Shown in pieces: positions 56,524 to 64,000 of a DNA stretch of 64,000 bases (the first letter of the stretch is position 1; each line of letters starts with the position of its first letter). The position numbers and the translations under genes are program-made. The notes below the pieces were generated by a model that saw only the letters and a list, made by a program, of their open reading frames with translations, was not told the origin of the DNA and did no database searches. Location: the NCBI GenBank assembly GCA_002269645.1, contig NIVC01000946.1, forward strand, positions 62,001 through 126,000, read 5' to 3'. The DNA is from Macrostomum lignano (taxonomy: Eukaryota).

Positions 56524-57954
56524 TACTTTCGCCATGATAGATAGATGACCTTTTGTACAAATTGAGCCGGTCATTTTCGCGCGACTGTCTTGGGTCGCTA
56601 ACAGTAGCTTATCACGCAAAATGCCATAGAAAAACATTTGCACACTGTGCATGCAGACACAAATGTCACATTAAAAATTAATCAATGCTGGTTAAAAACG
56701 ATTGACATATCAGTGACATCGCCATCAGTGACCCTCGTGCGGAATCATCAATCAATCACTAAACCCTACAGACCTCACACGGCTGGATGTTCCAAACACA
56801 TTCTAGCCTTCTTGTATTGACCCAAGCCGCTGTCATCTGAGAGGCAGCTCAGCAAACAAAGTGCAGCGCCTTGGCAAAGGTGGAAGATGTTTCGCCAATG
56901 GATAAAATAGACTGACAGACAGCCGCGCACCTTTCTCCTTAGAGTTGTCTAGAGTACCCCACTAATGCATCTTGCGTCCTTTGCACACACACGCACGCCC
57001 TATCTCTCATCACTTCGCTCGAGTAAGTGAGCACTTGCAGGCCTCGCAAAAAAAATATTTTTTTCTGGAGAAAAAACCACCTACTTCGAACAGAAAAAAA
57101 AACTTGGCGACTGGCGCAGACTGCGAAAGCAGATCGAAGCCCGCGCGAGCCACACAGATTTTCTGGCCAATCTGCTTGTGTCACACGGGTGCCAGCAGGC
57201 ACAGGAACCAGCAGAGATGGACAGATAGAGAGAATTAGACTGCGGGCCATCTTCAAAGACAGACGGACACGGAGGAGGGTCGGCTGAGAAGACCTCCCCC
57301 CTCTCCTAGTTTCAAGGATAAGCGATACACAGGGACGGTCGGGAAATTTGAAGTTTCTTTTGCCAAGAAGAAGCAGCTGGATTGCGTCCCAGGAATTCGA
57401 GGGAAGATGAAAAAAAGCAGAAGCAAGGATTGAGCAGCAGATCCTGCTGGCTAATAGAAATCTGAGCAGGAGGGATGGAAATATTCGGTCAGTTCGTAGC
57501 TTGAGACTCCCGAATCCTAACATAGCAATACACCGCATTATTCATTCATTAATTCGTGCTCAAGAAAAACTGTTGCCATCTGCTTGGTCATTTTTTGCTC
57601 TTGCTGTTTTTTCTATTGAAGCAACATCGCCTGGCGCACCGGCCGATTCGGGAAATCGTTTTCGTGGTGGTTCTTTCGCTTTGATGTGAATCCGGCTGGG
57701 TAATTAACGATTCACGTGGGAAACTGGGATCGGAGTCTAAACAGTTGGGTGGGAGACAGAAGACAGAGACAGAGGCTGCTTCTCGCTGTGGGAAAACTCG
57801 TTTCAATCAAAAGGGTTTGAAACGAATTGAATTTATCGTTCGAGGCTAATTGATTCAGTCCTGTCGGTGAAGTTCCCAAAGATACGAGATAACGTGGTGG
57901 AAAGCAGAAATGGAAGGTAGGGATGAACTAGAGTGATTTTAAGGGGGGGGGGGC

Positions 57955-58478
57955 GGACGAATGCAAAAGAGCGGATTCCAGGGGCAGAAGAATGAGAAAG
58001 AGCGGATTTTAGGGGCGGAAGAATGAGAAAGAGCGGATTCCAGGGCGGACGAATGAGAAAGAGCGGATTCCAGGGGCGGACGAATGAGAAAGAGCGGATT
58101 CCAGGGGGGGGGGAGAATGGGAAAGAGCGGATTCAGGGGCAGAAGAATGAGAAAGAGCGGATTAAAGTGGAGATATAATGGGGAAGAGCGGATTCCAGGG
58201 GAGGAAGAATGCGAAAGAGCGGAGTCCAGGGGCGGAAAAATGCAAAAGAGAGGATTCCAGGGGCGGAAGAATGGGAAATAGCGGATTCCAGGGGCGGAAG
58301 AATGGGAAAGGAGCGGAGTCCAGGGGCGGAAGAATGGGAAATAGCGGATTCCAGGGGCGGAAGAATGGGAAATAGCGGATTCCAGGGGCGGAAGAATGGG
58401 AAAGGAGCGGATTCCAGGGGCGGAAGAATGGGAAATAGCGGATTCCAGGGGCGGAAGAATGGCAAATAGCGGATTCAG
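57955..58478. repeat. ~31-bp minisatellite
   Basis: GGATTCCAGGGGCGGAAGAATGGGAAATAGC and variants. Confidence 0.92.
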
Positions 58479-58996
58479 GAACTATTCGTCACGAATAGGT
58501 TACGACATTGCACCAGATTATTTTGACGCTGGTTATGAAAAATTGTAAATTGCCCACCCGGTTATAATTTACACGGATTGAAAGGCCGCCAAGGCATCTC
58601 AGATCAGTCGATAGGCTCGCTTGTGGGTCATAAATATGTTTTATACCGCCGGCTGAGAATGAGCGCGCAGTCGGCACAGCTGCACCCGCTACAGTGCTGA
58701 GAGGCCTGTCAAGTCAAGATAATTTCCAGCCGACGTCCCAGGCTCATAAATTATTCATGCATTATTCAGGACATCTAATTCTGGCTCCTCTGTTGCTGCG
58801 GCGGGGTCCTCGCGGCAGATTCACGGGCAAACAAAGCAGCTTTACCTTGGATAGAGTTGACAGAAGGCCACGCACGTAGGTTGGGCCATAGAGAGTTGTT
58901 GGGGTTACCAGCGTAGTATGCTCTATTGAGAAATCGAATAATTACCAACCGAATTTGCCATTTACTCGTGTGTTTACATAAATTTGTACAGGTGAA

Positions 58997-59200
58997 CGGG
59001 TTGTAGCCTAGTGGTTGGAGCGTCGGACTCATGACTTGGAAGGTCGGGGGTTCGATTCCTGATCCCACTAGAACAATTTGTGTCCTTGAGCAAGACACTT
59101 AACTCTGCATTGCTTCAGTTCACCCAGCTGTAAAATGGGTGCCAGCATTAGCTGGGGTAATTGAGGGTGTGTGTGGCGACCCCCCAGTCCTTGGACTGAA
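58997..59200 (+). mobile_element. tRNA-derived SINE with CORE-like central domain
   Basis: A box TAGCCTAGTGG (59004-59014), B box GGTTCGATTCC (59049-59059), then GTGTCCTTGAGCAAGACACTTAACTC...TCAGTT...CTGTAAAATGGG, which parallels the MIR/CORE motif GTGACCTTGGGCAAGTCACTTAACC...CTGTAAAATGGG. Confidence 0.8.
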
Positions 59201-59549
59201 CAGCCGTACGCAGCCTTCAGATGCGCCGCGCAATAGCTGCGTCTGACCTGTCGGTTGCACACCTGCCCATTAGGGCAGGTGTAATCAAATATAATTATCT
59301 CTAAGCCTTCTGTTATCATGACTATGGCTTGAAGCTGGGCATGTGTTCAGCTCGATGCGGCTTCATCATTTTGTGGACTTGAATTAATGAAAATTATGCT
59401 ACTGGCGAGTCTGTTAAACGCGCAAAATTTGAGTGAGAAAACCGCTTTTTCCATCTCGCACAAATTGATCCAACGCACTTGCAGATTAACCTACAATGCC
59501 TACAATGAAGCCAACTGAAATGATCAAAGTTGCAGTGACTGTAACTCAC

Positions 59550-59842
59550 CGTACACAGCGCAGCCGGAGCCGATCAGAACAGCAAGCAGCAGAGCGGTTG
59601 AAATCCAGTGGGATGAATTGTCCATGATGTCCGATAGCCGCGCGATTCGAAACTTAGAAACTGCTCGTCCCGGGCCCAGCTATTTATGCTGCCGAGCAGT
59701 AACCGGATACTTTGGGAGGCCGAAAAACCCGGAAGTTGCTGTGTTGGCCGAGGACTGAAGGAAAAGAGCAATCTCTGGTTGTTCTTTTAAAAGAGAAGAG
59801 GAGAGGCTTCCGGGTTGTGAAAATTGTGGAATTCTCGGAAAG
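59550..59842. promoter_or_regulatory. Candidate bidirectional promoter with divergent non-coding first exons
   Basis: - strand donor G|GTGAGT at 59550/59549 and + strand donor AAG|GTGAGA at 59842/59843 face outward. ETS-type CCGGAAGT at 59729-59736 and inverted GCTTCCGG at 59806-59813. Confidence 0.45.
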
Positions 59843-61659
59843 GTGAGACCCCTCCCTCTTCTGCTCCTTCAGCGAGCCGCTTGGATGGGCAGCGCAAAGT
59901 GAAACTGGATCACTCGGTGTCGGGAGCCAAGTTTGATGCAGAAGGAAGAGTCTGTCGATGTTTGTGAGTGGGGGGGGGGAGACAGAGACAAGATAAGGGG
60001 ATCTGCTCTGCTGCTGTTCGCTTCGACGCGGAATCTGGAAGAGGAGGGGGGTGACGCCTCCTCCTCACTGGCCCGTGGATTAGTCCTCAAACGCGTCCTC
60101 CAATTCCCAGTCGCCTTTTCTCTCATCTCTCCGGACCGCCTCTCCCCAATGGCCGCTGGTTCCCGTTGGTCCCCCGTGTGTTGTTTCTCTCCCTAGCTCA
60201 CTCTTTCAAACTGAATGCCGGCAAGTCTGGTTTCCCGTTTCCCACTTGTCACTGGTTTGGGAGGGCCGGTGCTAAGGGTGAGATGGGGTTAGTGGAGAAT
60301 AGGCCAGGCATATTCCTCATGTGTTTCTAGAAGCTACTGCTCAGTAGCCCCCCCCGCCACCCAGTGCACCGCGTAGCCACTGCCACAGTCATGTCCAGCA
60401 CTGGAATTCCCAGTTTAACCAAACTCTCTTGCAGTTTTGGTCTGCGCGGCGGCATCTGCCTGCCTGGCCGCTGTGCGGTGGTGACTGGCCTGTGACTAAA
60501 GATAGCCAACTTCAGGCCTCAGCTTGATCGATCAACTGCATCGTTTGACGATTTGGTAGAATTTCATTCAAAGGAAGCTTTTATGGGGAGATTGATTAGG
60601 CTCTCTGTCTAGCTCGCATAGTTTAAAACTGCTCATCCTAAGTGTGTTGGCAGGCTTGAGAAAGTGCAACATCCTGACTAATCAGTTTTTACTGACTATT
60701 TACAGCAGGATTAGGAAGAATGCTCTTCACTCAGATTGTAAGAAGACTCGCGCCTTCAACGCTGCTGCCACTTCGTCCGTACGACAGTCGTTGAAGTGGC
60801 AGCAGGGGATGAGATTTTCGGATGAAATTCCTTCCACTTCTTGCAGTTCTCGCATCCCTCATCTCTCTGTCAGGCCCAGCATCTCTAAATTCTAAATAAT
60901 TTCTACAGGTGCATCAGTAGAAACTATCTACTCCATTGTCTCCCAGCCTCTGTATTCCCCATTGTTTCCGGCTGCTTGAACCTGCTTGAAGTCGATATTA
61001 TCCCGCCAACAGTGGGGCTTCCATAATTAGCCAATTGTTCCAGGGGTGGGCCCCGGTGCATGAAAAGAAAACACAGAGACAGAGGCGCCATACTTCGTTT
61101 CGCATTTGTCTCACTCAAAACTGCCCTTCAAATTAGACGCTGCTCTCTAGAAAGTCTAAACGACTTCTTTCCTGCCTGCCTTAGCTGCCATCTTTGGGTC
61201 TCACGCGCAGAGCGCCGGGTGCATTGCGGCGCCCCTGCCCGCTGCCAGCCTCTTAGCCAGGAGCAGTGAGCAGCTGCACTGCAAGTTGCCAAGGCAAAGC
61301 ACAATCACACACGGCGCATTGGGTGGAGCCAGTCAAGCAAATGGGGCGAGAATTCTCTTCTCCTTCTAACTCAGACTGCTCGTTTACCTGCAGTGCAGCT
61401 TCCAATGTTTTATTGTCTTAGCAAGACTCGAGTAGAATATGCGCTAGCTAGTGGGCTATTGTGGAGACAGCACTGGCCCACCCCCCTATCGCTGTTGCGG
61501 AGAGGGGGGGCGCACGGCCACTCCGTGTGGCCATCTTTGGCGAATACAGAGGCTGAGTGGGACAGTGGCTGCTCATATATAGCACACGAACAGACGCAGC
61601 ACTGAAGGTTTCGAATATCCAGCGCAGTTGCAGCAGCAGTCCAAGTTGCAACAAGAGCC

Positions 61660-62280
61660 ATGGGCTTCGATGTCGACCGATTCGAAGAGGAAGTCAACGA
61701 AGGCCTCTTGTGCGCCATTTGCCACGACGTGCTCGAAGACGCCGTCCAGGCCCCGTGTGAGCACGCTTTCTGCTCGGCCTGCATCCAGGCCTGGCTGCTC
61801 GAGGACAACTCCTGCCCGGTTGACCGGCAGATTCTGCTAGCCAGCGAGCTCCGCCAGCTGCACCGCTACATGCGGAACGACCTCAACAATCTGCAGATCC
61901 GCTGCCAGTACTGGCAGCACGGCTGCCGGGAGAAGGTGCCGCTGGAGACGCTGCACCAGCACGAGTCCGCCTGTCCCAGCGAGCCGATGCGCTGCCCAGC
62001 CTGCCGGGCGGACACCAGCCGCGGCGAGATGGCCCGCCACCTGCAGATCTGCACCCTGCGCACCTCAGCCGTGGTGCCAGCAGCTGACGTTGCCAGACTG
62101 TTGGAGGACATGCGATCCGAGCTGGAGGCGGCCAGGCAGGACTTCATGACCAAGCTGGCCGAGCAGAAGCTCGAGATGGACCTGAGACTCGACGCGCAGC
62201 GGCGGCACCTGGTGCAACGGGAGCACTGCCTGCAGGAGCAGCTGGAGGAGATGCGGCGGCTCTACGCGCGGCTCAGCGAG
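61660..62280 (+). CDS. NRDP1/RNF41-RNF151-family RING E3 ubiquitin ligase, first coding exon (RING + TRAF/SINA-type Zn finger + coiled coil); continues beyond the window
   Basis: MGFDVDRF...CAICHDVLEDAVQAPCEHAFCSACIQAWL...CPVDR...RYMRNDLNNLQIRC resembles the RNF41 N-terminus (MGYDVTRF; CEHAFC; CPVDR; MRNML..LQI). Acceptor AG at 61621-61622; donor GAG|GTCAGT at 62280/62281. Confidence 0.88.
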
Positions 62281-62404
62281 GTCAGTTTCTCCCTACTGAT
62301 CTGGTTGGGCATGAGCAACTCTGGCTTTTAGCTTTCAGGCCGGCTCTGCGAGGATTACCCGCCTGACTTGACTGTCTTCTAATCTAAGGGGCGATAAGAA
62401 CGGG

Positions 62405-64000
62405 CGGGGCACCGGCTACAGAGGGGGCGCCAGCTACAGAGGGGAACCGGCTACAGAGGGGGCGCCAGCTACAGAGGGGCACCAGAAGCTACAGAGGGGG
62501 CGCCAGAAGCTACAGAGGGGGCACCGGCTACAGAGGGGAACCGGCTACAGAGGGGTCGCCAGAAGCTACAGAGGAGGCGCCAGCTACAGAGGGGGCGCCG
62601 TTTACAGAGGGGCACCAGAAGCTACAGAGGGGGCGCCAGCTACAGAGGGGGCGCCGGCTACAGAGGGGGCACCGGCTACAGAGGGGGCACCGGCTACAGA
62701 TGGGGCACAGGCTACAGAGGGGCACCGGCTACAGAGGGGGCACCGGCTACAGAGGGGGCGCCGGCTACAGAGGGGGCACAGGCTACAGAGGGGGCACAGC
62801 CTACAGAGGGGGCACCAGCTACAGAGGGGGCACAAGCTACAGAGGGGGCACAGGCTACAGAGGGGGCACCGGCTACAGAGGGGGCACAAGCTACAGAGGG
62901 GGCGCCAGAAGTTACAGAGGGGGCGCCGGCTACAGAGGGGGCGCCAAAAGCTACAGAGGGGGCACAGGGGGCGCCAGCTACAGAGGAGGCACCAAATACA
63001 GAGGGGGCACCGGCTACAGAGGGGGCGCCAGCTACAGAGGAGGCACCAAATACAGAGGGGGCACCGGCTACAGAGGGGGCGCCAGCTACAGAGGAGGCAC
63101 CGGCTACAGAGGGGCACCGGCTACAGAGGGGGCGCCAGCTACAGAGGGGGCACCGGCTACAGAGGGGGCACAGGCTACAGAGGGGGCACCGGCTACAGAA
63201 GGGGCGCCGGCTACAGAGGGGCACCAGAAGCTACAGAGGGGGCGCCAGAAGCTACAGAGGGGGCACCGGCTACAGAGGGGGCACAAGCTACAGAGGGGGC
63301 ACAGGCTACAGAGGGGGCACAGGCTACAGAGGGGGCACAGGCTACAGAGGGGGCACAAGCTACAGAGGGGGCACCAGAAGCTATAGAGGGGCACAGGCTA
63401 CAGAGGGGGCACAAGCTACAGAGGGGGCACAAGCTACAGAGGGGGCACCAGAAGCTACAGAGGGGGCACAGGCTACAGAGGGGGCACCGGCTACAGAGGG
63501 GGCACCCGCTACAGAGGGGGCACCGGCTACAGAGGGGGCGCCAGCTACAGAGGGGGCACCGGCTACAGAGGGGGCACAGGCTACAGAGGGGGCACAGGCT
63601 ACAGAGGGACCGGCTACAGAGGGGGCACCGGCTACAGAGGAGGCACCGGCTACAGAGGGGGCACCGGCTACAGAGGGGGCGCCAGCTACAGAGGGGGCAC
63701 CGGCTACAGAGGGGCACAGGCTACAGAGGGGGCGCCAGCTACAGAGGGGGCGCCGGCTACAGAGGGGGCACCGGCTACAGAGATGGCACCGGCTACAGAG
63801 GGGGCGCCAGCTACAGAGGGGGCGCCAGAAGCTACAGAGGGGGCGCCGGCTATAGAGGGGGCGCCAGCTACAGAGGGGGCGCCAGAAGTTACAGAGGGGG
63901 CGCCGGCTACAGAGGGGGCGCCAGAAGCTAGAGAGGGGGCAGGGGGCGCCAGCTACAGAGGGGCGCCAGCCACAGAGGGGGCGCCAGCTACAGAGGGGAA
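62405..64000 (+). repeat. ~18-21-bp G-rich minisatellite, RING-gene intron
   Basis: GGCTACAGAGGGGGCACC / GCCAGCTACAGAGGGGGC units running to the window end. Confidence 0.96.

Overview
Eukaryotic animal genomic DNA. GC-rich, poly-Ala/Gln-rich exons separated by minisatellite-filled introns resemble the flatworm Macrostomum; the organism is inferred from sequence style only. By hand splicing I reconstruct six protein-coding genes. Four are co-oriented on the + strand in the first 27 kb: the 3' exon of YTHDC1, a complete EDC4/Ge-1 (10 exons, 1184 aa), TMEM192-like (start codon unresolved) and ADCK1 (5 exons, 518 aa). On the - strand is a 13-exon, 913-aa gene for a signal peptide + 5 EGF-like + ZP-domain + TM protein. 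Head-to-head with it is the first coding exon of an NRDP1/RNF41-family RING ligase. About half of the window is tandem repeat, and every reconstructed intron longer than about 200 nt carries its own array. Mobile elements: a 5.65-kb non-autonomous Helitron-like insert (with a tRNA-like cassette and a 4.7-kb satellite) in EDC4 intron 3, and a tRNA/CORE-type SINE. Most long ORFs in the supplied track are artefacts of stop-free repeats. Repeat boundaries are approximate; all identifications come from remembered family motifs, not database searches.
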